Positions 18,172-27,256 of a stretch of 64,000 nt of DNA are shown here, piece after piece; the first letter of the stretch is position 1; every line of letters starts with the position of its first letter. A model generated the notes under the pieces. The model was not told where the DNA came from and did no database searches. It was given only the letters and a program-made list of their open reading frames with translations. The DNA lies in assembly GCF_002449765.1 (NCBI RefSeq), contig NZ_DJXN01000008.1; one strand, 5' to 3'. The translations under genes were made by a program, and so were the position numbers. The DNA is from Fibrobacter sp. UBA7003. GTDB taxonomy: Bacteria; Fibrobacterota; Fibrobacteria; Fibrobacterales; Fibrobacteraceae.

Positions 18172-21100
18172 ATGATGAAGTTACGTTTTGTTTTCGCTGC
18201 CGTTCTGTCGCTGCTTGCGATCCATTCGTTCGCGGCGAACGGCACCATGAAGGGTGATGGTTCCGCCGAAAAGCCTTTCCAGATTGAGGATTACGAAGAC
18301 CTGAAGGCGATAGGCAAGGGCACTTACCTCTATTCTTCGAACTACGTGCTGACTGCCGATATCGACGCTTCGGCCTCGGCGCACGAGATGTGCAGTGACG
18401 AGGGCGGCTGCAACGGCTTTATCCCTATCGGCAAGAACAAGGATGCAGCCGACAGCGTGGCGTTTTGGGGAACTATCGACGGCCAGAACCACACGATTCT
18501 CAATTTAACAATCTGGCTACCCTGTGAACAGAATGTGGGCTTTATCTACGCACTTGTCGGTTCTGTCAAGAACTTGAATTTTGACCATCTCCATGTGACG
18601 GGGAGGGTGAGCGAAACCGACCATGTGGGTGGCGTTGTCGCAAGGCTTGTCGGTACGATTGAAAATGTGCATGTGACGAACGGTTTTGTTCAAGGGAAGA
18701 AGCGTGTCGGCGGCATTGTGGGTGCTGCGATGAGGGCTATCGGGTATTCCGGTATGATTCCCGCCTTGAAGGATGTTTCGTTCCAAGGAGAAATCAAGGG
18801 TACGGAACGGGTTGGCGGAATTGTGGGTGAAACAGACGAGGCGACAATCGATAGCGCCGTTGCCGATGTGAATATCATTGCTATGGACGGGCGTGTCGGC
18901 GGTATTGTCGGGTTCAATGACGGGCGTATTACTAACAGCCGTTCCAATGGAACGATTGTCCCGGGAGAATCCGATGTGAATAATGTCGGTGGCATCGCCG
19001 GAGAATCCGAAGGTGATGTTCAAATGTGCGTGTCTACAATGGACTTGGTACGTTACGGCTATGAATTTGATGAAGATATTGGCGGCATTGTTGGCGATAA
19101 CGATAAGGGAACGGTATCCCATTCGTATGCCATCGGAAAGGTAGAAGGAGAACGCTATGTGGGTGGTGTTGTCGGGAGCGGTGGCTTTGTACAGAGTTCG
19201 TTCGCCATGGGCGAGGTGCGCGGAAACAACAAGGTCGGTGGCGTTGCAGGCTCCGGTGCTTCCATTTTCAATTCCTATGCGGCAAACAAGGTCTTGGGCG
19301 ATTCGCTTGTAGGCGGGCTTATTGGATATTCGCCCGATACAATTTTTAGCTCCTACTGGAATACCGAAATTTCGGGACTCGATACGAGTGCAGGCGGCAC
19401 GGGGCTTTCTACCGCGAAGATGATGAAGCTCTCGTCGTTTGCGGGCTGGGACACTCTGGGTTATGATGAGTATGTCGTTGATGGTACGGATACATGCGAA
19501 TACTTTATATATGAAGGCGCTTGCTATTCGCCTACGGGGAACTTTATTCGTTATTGGGACATAGACGAAGGCAAGACTTTCCCGTACCTGGCGAACAACC
19601 CCTATTCGAAAAAGTCGTTTATCCCGATTGCGACTCCGACTGTGGCGGCAAAGTGGCAAGAGCAGCCGCCTGTTGCCTCGCTTACCGAGGTCGATGGCGA
19701 ACTTGTCGGCAAGTGGCTCGGCTGGGTGAATCTGGGCGATAAATATGATACCGTTAGTGGCGATTATACAAGTTTTATATTAAGGAGAGATACGCTCTAT
19801 TATGGCTATAGAATCGGCGTGGTAAACGAAGGCGATACCGTCTGGGGAACGTCGAGCTACGTGGCTGTACCCAACGGGATAAAGATTTCGACACTTGCGG
19901 AACTCCAGAAAATCGGAAACGACATGGCCTACCCGCTGGTGGCAAGTTACGAACTGACTGCCGATATCGATGCTGCCGGGGTCAATTTTAGGCCCATCGG
20001 CGATAGCGTGCATGTGTTCGCGGGAGTCTTCGACGGAAAAAACCATACCATCAAGAACCTGACGATTGTCGACCCGTATCGTGACTTTGCGGGAATGTTC
20101 GGGGTGGCGGATGACGCTGACATCAAGAACCTGAAACTTGAAAACGCGAAAGTCGAAGGGGATTGGTATGTCGGTGCGCTGGCGGGTGAAATCGATAACT
20201 CCCGTGTCACTAACGTTGTCTCCTTGAACGGGAACGTGTCGGGGATGTCGTTTGTCGGCGGATTGATGGGTGCTACCCGCATAAGTGAAATCCATGTGGT
20301 CGGGACTACCGGCTATGTAACGTCGGGCGATATTGTCGGTGGAATTTTTGGCGCTTCCGCTTCGAGGGTTGTAGACGCGTTCTCGGTGAATGTCGTCAAG
20401 GGTTACGAGAACGTGGGTGGCGTTATGGGCATTTCGGATGAGTTTTCATCGGGCACCTTGCAACAGAACATCTATTCTGCGAGTATCCTGAAGGCTCCCG
20501 ACCCGGAAGGAATTATCGGAGGAAACTTCTTCGGGTCGGGCGAACACATCAAATCATGTTATTTCGACAGTACTGTTACAGGAAACGTGTACGGAGGGAA
20601 TACCACCGAAGAAATGTTGAAACAGTCAACATACGAAGGTTTCAACTTCGATACCGTGTGGGCTATCCAGGAAGGCGTTTCTTACCCGTACTTCAAGGGC
20701 ATGGACCCGATATTGCCGGGCACGCTCGAAGACGACGGTACGGTAAATATGCTCGCTGGTACCGGTACCGAAAGGAACCCCTACAAGATTTACGATTACG
20801 ATGACCTCAAGTATATCGGCAAGTACGAATACGGGCTTGACAAGTATTACAAGCTGATGAGCAATATCAATGCCGCGAGTTCGTTCAGGGAGAACTGCAA
20901 TGCCGACAGCACTCTTTGCAAGGGCTTCGAACCGATTGGAGAATTCAGCGGCGTGTTTGACGGGAATAACAAGTTTATTGCGGGCTTGAACATCAACCGC
21001 CCCGACGAGGATTCCGTAGGGCTTTTCCGGGCTCTGGCGGCGGGTGCCAAGGTGAGCGGCGTCGTCTTTGATACGGCTTCGTATCTTGGAAAAGATAATT

Positions 21101-23976
21101 CGTATGGGCCTGCGGATACTAGGGGTGCCATCCATGGCAAGAACTATGTCGGTACCCTCGCCGGTGTCGATAAAGGTGCTACGCTCGAAAAAATCTTTGT
21201 AAAGTATGATGTTTCTGGCGAAAATTACGTAGGCTCCGTTGTCGGTAAGAAATCTTCGGGATCTCTCGCAAAGAGCGCATCCAGGTTCCTCGTTTCGGGA
21301 AACGAAAATGTGGGCGGCCTCGTAGGGCATTTGGGCGCGGCTAGCGTAGCGGATTGCTATTCGATTGCGAATGTCGTGGGTACAAAGAATGTCGGTGGTC
21401 TGTTTGGCTACTCCGACAATGCAACCGTGAAAAACTCCTTTGCCGCAGGCCGTGTAGTGGGGTCTTCTAAATGGGGAGTTGTTGCAGGGGATGCCGACAA
21501 GTCGACTTATACGTCGGTGTATGGCGATAGCTCTCTTTGGTTTGTTAATGTAACGGCTGGTGGGAAACTCCGCACTACGCGGCAGATGGTTACGAAGGAA
21601 AATTACAAGGATTGGGATTTCGTTTCAACTTGGAGCATTGCTGCAGATACAACCTATCCCTATTTGTCTTGGTTTACTTCGGCTTACCGTATATCCAAAA
21701 CAATGAAGGAAAAAGTCTATCCGAATTTGGATGTTGACCAGACGATGCTCAAAATGGCTGGCTCCGGTACTGAGAGCGATCCGTTCCTGATCAAGACATA
21801 CGGTGACTTGAAATCAATCGGGTACGGAAAGTACAAGCTTTCGTCCGTCTATCGTGTGGCTAATGATATCGATGCTTCTGCCTCAAAGACCCAAACCCTT
21901 TTCAGCGGGCGAGGCATTGGATTCAACCCTATTGGCAAGATTGAAATACTCGAAGATTTTTGCAATTGCTATGGTGTTGTTTTGGGCGGATATATACCGC
22001 AGGATACCTCGAGATTGTTTACTGGAAAAATTCACGGCGGCGGTCACAGTATCAGCGACCTTTATATGGACTTCTGGGACAGTGAACCCACGGGGCTTGT
22101 GGATACGATTGCAAAAACAGGTGTAATCGATAGCTTGTCCTTCAAGAGGTATGAGATAAGCAGAGAAGAAGGAAATGTAAATAAAGTTGGCGCCTTGGCC
22201 GGCGTGAACATGGGGACTGTAAGCCATGTTGATATGGATGTCTTGTTCAAGAAAACTTTTGGCGGTGCGGGTCTTGTTTACGATAACAAGGGGCTTATAG
22301 AAAATTGTTCAGTCAAGGGAATTTTTGGCGGGTCATCTTTGGCGGGTATTTCCGTGATAAACGATGGCGATGTCCTCAACGTGAATGTTGATGCTGTCTG
22401 GAGCGATAGCTCGGGACTCGTTGGTGGAATTGCTCTTGTCAACAGGGGACTTATCAAGCTTTCGTCTGCCAAGGTGTCGTTGAATAATGGCCGTGGCCCG
22501 ATTGGTGGAATTGCCGCCATGAATACGGGAACCGGGCGTATAGTCGACGCATCTGTAAATATTGATGCGAAACAGATTATCCAAGAACGCGGCGTGTATT
22601 ATTATGTTGACCACAAAATAAAGGATTACGAATACGAGGATTTTTATATTGATGGAATAGGTGGCCTTGTCGCGATTGATAGCGGGACTATAACGAACTC
22701 TGCTGCAACGGGCGTTATTGACGCGAAGGATGGGGCCTATGTCGGTGGCCTGATCGCTAAAGCTTATAGCAAGGAATTGAAAGGGCTGCATGCGTCTGTC
22801 GATGTTGGGGGCATGTATTGTGTCGGTGGCTTTGTGGGCTTGAACCAGGCGACTATTTCTGAAAGCTATGCTGCCGGAAATGTCAAGGGGAGTGGAAATT
22901 ATTCCTATTCTGGAGCATTTGTCGGCAAGAACGAAGGCGTGATTGAGCGTTCGTTTGCGATGGGGAATGCAAGCGCGGCTGCCGGTTTTGTCGGCGAAAA
23001 TGATGGAACTATCAGGCGGTCCTATTCTACGGGAAATGTAGAGGAGGCTGGCGGTTTTGCCAATATCAATCAGGCTGTAATTGAAGATTGCTATTCGACG
23101 GGCGATGTGTCGGCGAATGAAACGCCATATGGCTTTGGATTTGCCAGTGTCAACGGTAGCGCTACGAAGGTGAGGGGGTATGCTTCCGGAACGGCCGTTA
23201 AGGACGGAAACCGTTTTTGCGTTGACTTGCCCAGAGGGTCGATGCCTTCGGATGAGTTCTACTTCCTTGCCGACGGCTGTATCGATACACTGGCGACGAA
23301 TACCGGACTTTCGCCCTCGGCAATGCGTAAGCAAAAATCCTTCTCCGCGTTCGATTTCGATTCCGTGTGGTACATCAAGGAGGGTGTGAGCTATCCGCTG
23401 CTGCGCGGCATGCCGAACCCGCCGATGCTTGCAGAAGAGAATGCCGTGTACAATAGCAACACCGGGATTGCAAAGAATGTCCGCGCCAAGCTTCTCGAAG
23501 ATGCCTTCGTGATGGATACGGCGGCAACGAAGGTACTCGCGCTGGATTCTGCAAGCGAGGCCCTGCTCGATTCGCTCGAAAATGTCGAGGCGCCGTCTGG
23601 GAAGTTCGAAGTCTCCTACCGCGTGGGCGTTTTGCTCGGTTCCGACACGCTCTGGAGCAAGCCCGCTACGATGCAGCTTGAAATCGAGAAGACGGTCGGG
23701 AACTTCGAAATTGCGGTTGCGTCTGGACTCGGGTTCGGTGCCGCATTCCATGGCCCGCATGTGGCGCTCCGCTTCGAAATTCCTGCCGCGGGCGCCGTGA
23801 AGTTCGCGTTTGTAGACATGCAGGGTCGCGTGGTGCGCTCGTTCAACCTGGGGAGCCGTGCCGCAGGTGCGTATAGCGATGCGCTCGATGCCGGTGCGAT
23901 TGCCCGCGGGCGCTACGTGGGCGTGCTGCAGGTGAACGGCCGCGTCGCCGGAAAGGCGCTTTTGCTAAAAAGGTAG
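18172..23976 (+). CDS. giant secreted GLUG-motif repeat protein, tandem paralogue of 13088..18160, with a T9SS-type C-terminal domain
   Basis: 1934 aa. The N-terminal 70 aa and C-terminal 90 aa are near-identical to the upstream gene, with the same module grammar. SD GGAGAG before the ATG. Confidence 0.8.
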   Translation: MMKLRFVFAAVLSLLAIHSFAANGTMKGDGSAEKPFQIEDYEDLKAIGKGTYLYSSNYVLTADIDASASAHEMCSDEGGCNGFIPIGKNKDAADSVAFWGTIDGQNHTILNLTIWLPCEQNVGFIYALVGSVKNLNFDHLHVTGRVSETDHVGGVVARLVGTIENVHVTNGFVQGKKRVGGIVGAAMRAIGYSGMIPALKDVSFQGEIKGTERVGGIVGETDEATIDSAVADVNIIAMDGRVGGIVGFNDGRITNSRSNGTIVPGESDVNNVGGIAGESEGDVQMCVSTMDLVRYGYEFDEDIGGIVGDNDKGTVSHSYAIGKVEGERYVGGVVGSGGFVQSSFAMGEVRGNNKVGGVAGSGASIFNSYAANKVLGDSLVGGLIGYSPDTIFSSYWNTEISGLDTSAGGTGLSTAKMMKLSSFAGWDTLGYDEYVVDGTDTCEYFIYEGACYSPTGNFIRYWDIDEGKTFPYLANNPYSKKSFIPIATPTVAAKWQEQPPVASLTEVDGELVGKWLGWVNLGDKYDTVSGDYTSFILRRDTLYYGYRIGVVNEGDTVWGTSSYVAVPNGIKISTLAELQKIGNDMAYPLVASYELTADIDAAGVNFRPIGDSVHVFAGVFDGKNHTIKNLTIVDPYRDFAGMFGVADDADIKNLKLENAKVEGDWYVGALAGEIDNSRVTNVVSLNGNVSGMSFVGGLMGATRISEIHVVGTTGYVTSGDIVGGIFGASASRVVDAFSVNVVKGYENVGGVMGISDEFSSGTLQQNIYSASILKAPDPEGIIGGNFFGSGEHIKSCYFDSTVTGNVYGGNTTEEMLKQSTYEGFNFDTVWAIQEGVSYPYFKGMDPILPGTLEDDGTVNMLAGTGTERNPYKIYDYDDLKYIGKYEYGLDKYYKLMSNINAASSFRENCNADSTLCKGFEPIGEFSGVFDGNNKFIAGLNINRPDEDSVGLFRALAAGAKVSGVVFDTASYLGKDNSYGPADTRGAIHGKNYVGTLAGVDKGATLEKIFVKYDVSGENYVGSVVGKKSSGSLAKSASRFLVSGNENVGGLVGHLGAASVADCYSIANVVGTKNVGGLFGYSDNATVKNSFAAGRVVGSSKWGVVAGDADKSTYTSVYGDSSLWFVNVTAGGKLRTTRQMVTKENYKDWDFVSTWSIAADTTYPYLSWFTSAYRISKTMKEKVYPNLDVDQTMLKMAGSGTESDPFLIKTYGDLKSIGYGKYKLSSVYRVANDIDASASKTQTLFSGRGIGFNPIGKIEILEDFCNCYGVVLGGYIPQDTSRLFTGKIHGGGHSISDLYMDFWDSEPTGLVDTIAKTGVIDSLSFKRYEISREEGNVNKVGALAGVNMGTVSHVDMDVLFKKTFGGAGLVYDNKGLIENCSVKGIFGGSSLAGISVINDGDVLNVNVDAVWSDSSGLVGGIALVNRGLIKLSSAKVSLNNGRGPIGGIAAMNTGTGRIVDASVNIDAKQIIQERGVYYYVDHKIKDYEYEDFYIDGIGGLVAIDSGTITNSAATGVIDAKDGAYVGGLIAKAYSKELKGLHASVDVGGMYCVGGFVGLNQATISESYAAGNVKGSGNYSYSGAFVGKNEGVIERSFAMGNASAAAGFVGENDGTIRRSYSTGNVEEAGGFANINQAVIEDCYSTGDVSANETPYGFGFASVNGSATKVRGYASGTAVKDGNRFCVDLPRGSMPSDEFYFLADGCIDTLATNTGLSPSAMRKQKSFSAFDFDSVWYIKEGVSYPLLRGMPNPPMLAEENAVYNSNTGIAKNVRAKLLEDAFVMDTAATKVLALDSASEALLDSLENVEAPSGKFEVSYRVGVLLGSDTLWSKPATMQLEIEKTVGNFEIAVASGLGFGAAFHGPHVALRFEIPAAGAVKFAFVDMQGRVVRSFNLGSRAAGAYSDALDAGAIARGRYVGVLQVNGRVAGKALLLKR

Positions 23977-23979
23977 CCC

Positions 23980-24696
23980 ATGACCCATGCCGAACTCCTA
24001 AAGCGACTGCAGGCCGAACAGGATTTGAAGTACCGCGACTTTCATGCGTCGCTGTTGCCGAACATCGACAAGAAATCGATTATCGGCGTGCGGGTGCCTA
24101 CCATGCGAAAGATTGCGAAGGAGTTCGCGGCGGCCGATGTCGCCAAGTTTTTGGACAAACTGCCGCACAAGTACTTTGAAGAAAACCAGGTTCACCTCTT
24201 CGTGGTCGAACGCATTAAGGATGCGGACGAGTGCCTGTACCGCATCGAACAGTTCCTGCCCTACATCGACAACTGGGCGGTATGCGATGGCAAATCGCCA
24301 AAGGCATTGCTCAAGGACGAAAAGCGGTTCGTGTCGTGCATCGAAAAATGGCTCAAGTCAAAGCACCCTTACACGGTTCGCTTCGGCGTGAACATGCTCA
24401 TGACGTTCTTTTTGGACGTGCGATTCGACAAGAAGTTTTTGAAGTGGGTCGCGGCTATTGATGAATCTCTGTTTAATGACGACGGCCGCGCGGAATGCCC
24501 CACCGACCGCTACTACGTGCAGATGGTCGTCGCCTGGTATTTCGCGACCGCGCTTGCCAAGCAGTGGGATGCGACGTTCCCCTACATCGAGGGCCGAAAG
24601 CTTTCGCCGTGGATTCACGCGAAGTCCATCCAGAAGGCGTGCGAAAGCTACCGCATTACCGATGCGCAGAAGGCTATCTTGCGTCGCCTGAAGTAA
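23980..24696 (+). CDS. DNA alkylation repair protein (AlkD-like HEAT-repeat family)
   Basis: 238 aa. The pattern YRDFHASLLP ... IIGVRVPTMRKIAKEF ... NWAVCDG is typical of the DNA_alkylation family. Confidence 0.7.
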   Translation: MTHAELLKRLQAEQDLKYRDFHASLLPNIDKKSIIGVRVPTMRKIAKEFAAADVAKFLDKLPHKYFEENQVHLFVVERIKDADECLYRIEQFLPYIDNWAVCDGKSPKALLKDEKRFVSCIEKWLKSKHPYTVRFGVNMLMTFFLDVRFDKKFLKWVAAIDESLFNDDGRAECPTDRYYVQMVVAWYFATALAKQWDATFPYIEGRKLSPWIHAKSIQKACESYRITDAQKAILRRLK

Positions 24697-24718
24697 AAAT
24701 TCTATTATTTCATTCCGT

Positions 24719-26434
24719 ATGCGCATCAGCCAGACATTTTGCGGAAGGCGGTTTACGTCGATGCTCTTTACGGCATCGTTTTCGGTCTGTGCTGAACTCG
24801 TGAACATCTTCATCGACAAGGTGGTCGCGGCCCGGTTCCTGGGCGAAAATGCGCTGGCGGCGATATCCTTCTTCACGCCGATGTTCTCGTTCATCCTGTT
24901 TCTGAGCGCGATGGTCATGGTGGGGAGCCTCGTCTGCTATTCGATTGAGCTGGGGCGCCTGAACAAGCACCGTGCGGACCGTTTTTTCGGACAGGGGATA
25001 ATCCTTTCTTTTGCGGTCGGGATCCTGATGGTGGCTCTTTTTGCTGTCGGGCGCCTGTTCCTCGATACGTCGGGAATAGATGCCGAACAGCTGAAATTCG
25101 TGAACGAGTTTTACGGATGGTTCCTGGGACTTGCCTTCGTAATCCCGCTGAACAATATCTTGCAGGAGATGGTGTATGTCGACGGTGACATGAAGACATG
25201 CAATATCTCGTATGCGGTGCTGCTGCTTGGAAACCTGGTCTTCTCGTGCGTGTTCTGCAAGTTCTGGGGAATGTCGGGAATCGCGCTCGGGACGGTGCTT
25301 TCCGTTGTTCTCAGCATCCTTGTGCTTTGTTCGCACTTTGTGCGGAAGGGCAATACGCTCAAGTTTGTGTGGTATTTCAAGATCCGCGATGTCGCGAAGG
25401 TTGTCCGGTTCAGCATGGCGGAAGCGTGCGAGTATCTTTTCTTTGCGCTGTTTGCCGCAGTCATGAACTTCTACTTCGTCACCCATTTCGGCAGCGACAG
25501 GATTGCCATCCTCTCGGTTATTTACGAAATCCTTGAACTCAGCGTCGTATTCAATGGCATCTGGATGGCGGCCGAGCCGATTATCAACATCTACCGAGGC
25601 GAGGAAAACGGTAACGGGGTCGCGCAGATGATGAAATTCGTGAACTGGGTGTCGCTCAAGGAGACTCTGGTCGCTACCGCGCTCCTGCTGGCGTTTGCGC
25701 CCCTGCTCGCGCGCCTGTTCCACATCAGTTCGGCAAGCGCCGCGGACGAACTCGCCTTTGCGATTCGCGCCTGCGCTGTCGGGCTGTGTCCGCTCGCTTT
25801 TGTGAAGATATATGCGGCCTATCATGTCCACGAAAAGCCGATTCTCTCGTTCCTGTTCATCTTTGTCGCGGTGTTCCTCGGCCCGGTAGCCTGTGTCCTG
25901 GGCGGTGTGCCGCTCTGGGGCGATGGTAATGTGTGGCTCGGATTTGGCGTTTCTCCGTTTGTTGCTTTTGCAGTGTGCTGCATTGTCCAGCTCGTGCTCT
26001 ACGGTAGATCCGGTTTTCCGCTCCTTCTCGAAGAATCCGAAGGAACGGGACACTGGTATATGTACGATCTGTTGCTGAATCCCGAAAACCTGGTCAAGTA
26101 CCGCGATATCATCGGGAAGAAGCTGAAGGATGCGTCCGTGGATGACGCCGGAATCGTGAAGGCGATGCTCCTGCTCGAGGAACTCGGCATGACCGTCTAC
26201 GAGAGCAATGCGGGACGGAAGGTTTACATGGAAGTCTCGCTGCAGGTGCTGCAGGGCGAATTCCTGCTTGTCATCAAGGACGACGGGAAACTCATGGACC
26301 TGACAGACCTGGAGCGTTCGGTGACGGGACTTCGTGCCTACCTCGTGAACATGTTCATGAAGGTCCAGCGCGACAAGCATTACCTGCTTACCACGAGCTG
26401 CAACCGCCATGTGTTCCGCTTTGCGCAGGAATAG
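24719..26434 (+). CDS. MATE-like polytopic membrane protein with an extra cytoplasmic C-terminal domain (GHKL/anti-sigma-kinase-like?)
   Basis: 571 aa. The N-terminal 440 aa or so is MATE-like (IDKVVAARFLGENALAAISF ...). The C-terminal 130 aa or so contains LLLEELGMTVYESN and LLVIKDDGKLMD, resembling the N-box and G1-box. Confidence 0.5.
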   Translation: MRISQTFCGRRFTSMLFTASFSVCAELVNIFIDKVVAARFLGENALAAISFFTPMFSFILFLSAMVMVGSLVCYSIELGRLNKHRADRFFGQGIILSFAVGILMVALFAVGRLFLDTSGIDAEQLKFVNEFYGWFLGLAFVIPLNNILQEMVYVDGDMKTCNISYAVLLLGNLVFSCVFCKFWGMSGIALGTVLSVVLSILVLCSHFVRKGNTLKFVWYFKIRDVAKVVRFSMAEACEYLFFALFAAVMNFYFVTHFGSDRIAILSVIYEILELSVVFNGIWMAAEPIINIYRGEENGNGVAQMMKFVNWVSLKETLVATALLLAFAPLLARLFHISSASAADELAFAIRACAVGLCPLAFVKIYAAYHVHEKPILSFLFIFVAVFLGPVACVLGGVPLWGDGNVWLGFGVSPFVAFAVCCIVQLVLYGRSGFPLLLEESEGTGHWYMYDLLLNPENLVKYRDIIGKKLKDASVDDAGIVKAMLLLEELGMTVYESNAGRKVYMEVSLQVLQGEFLLVIKDDGKLMDLTDLERSVTGLRAYLVNMFMKVQRDKHYLLTTSCNRHVFRFAQE

Positions 26435-26471
26435 GATTGCTCCGCCGGATTCGAATTGCTAATTTTTCGGT

Positions 26472-27254
26472 ATGGATAGAGCACGCCGCCGCAAATTCGG
26501 CCAAAACTTTCTGGATGTACCTACCGCGCAGATGATTGCGGGGGACCTGCCTGCAGAGGCGGGCGACTACGTGCTTGAAATTGGCCCCGGGCACGGGGCG
26601 CTGACCGAGCATCTGCTCGGGCGCGCCGTGCAACTCACTGCCGTCGAGATCGACGAGCAGTGCGTGGAATTTCTGGAACAGAAATTCCGGGGCCGGGAAA
26701 ACTTCCGCATCGAGAATATCGACTTCCTGAAGTTCGACCTGCAGGGATTCCTGGATGCGCACGCAAAACCGTGGGTCACCGGCAATCTCCCGTACAACGT
26801 TTCCACGGCGATTATCGCGGGGCTCATGCCGAAGCTCCATCTGACCAGGGGATTCATGGGGATGGTGCAGCTCGAAGTCGCTGAACGCATCTGCGCGTCG
26901 CCCTGCAGCAGCAACTACGGAAGTTTATCCGTACTCGTGTCCGCGTTCGCCGATACGCAGATACTGAGGAAGATCGGCCCGGAACACTTCACGCCGCGCC
27001 CGAACGTGGACAGCGCTACGATGCTCCTCACGCCCAAGGAATGTCCGCTCCAGGTCCCCGAGGGTTACTTCGACTTCGTGCGGGCCGCGTTTACGCAGAA
27101 GAGGAAGACGCTCGCGAATTCCTTCGGTCGCGCCTACGACAAGAAGAAAATCCAGGAAGCCATCGAACTTCTGGATTATCCTACGACGGTCCGTGCCGAG
27201 GAACTTTCGCCTTCGCAGTTCCTTGAATTCTACAAGGTCATTGTCGGGGAGTAG
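26472..27254 (+). CDS. rsmA: 16S rRNA (adenine1518/1519-N6)-dimethyltransferase
   Basis: RRRKFGQNFL ... VLEIGPGHGALT ... GNLPYNVST is the canonical KsgA/RsmA motif set. Confidence 0.9.
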   Translation: MDRARRRKFGQNFLDVPTAQMIAGDLPAEAGDYVLEIGPGHGALTEHLLGRAVQLTAVEIDEQCVEFLEQKFRGRENFRIENIDFLKFDLQGFLDAHAKPWVTGNLPYNVSTAIIAGLMPKLHLTRGFMGMVQLEVAERICASPCSSNYGSLSVLVSAFADTQILRKIGPEHFTPRPNVDSATMLLTPKECPLQVPEGYFDFVRAAFTQKRKTLANSFGRAYDKKKIQEAIELLDYPTTVRAEELSPSQFLEFYKVIVGE

Positions 27255-27256
27255 CT

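Noticed and set aside
13970-23760. Long antisense ORFs inside the two GLUG genes (13970-15076, 15110-16276, 16691-17725, 18517-19659, 19780-20295, 20626-21330, 22333-23760).
   Set aside because: They lie fully within much longer sense ORFs that have clear repeat and domain structure. Their translations are Arg/His/Ile-rich with no motifs. These are typical shadow ORFs.
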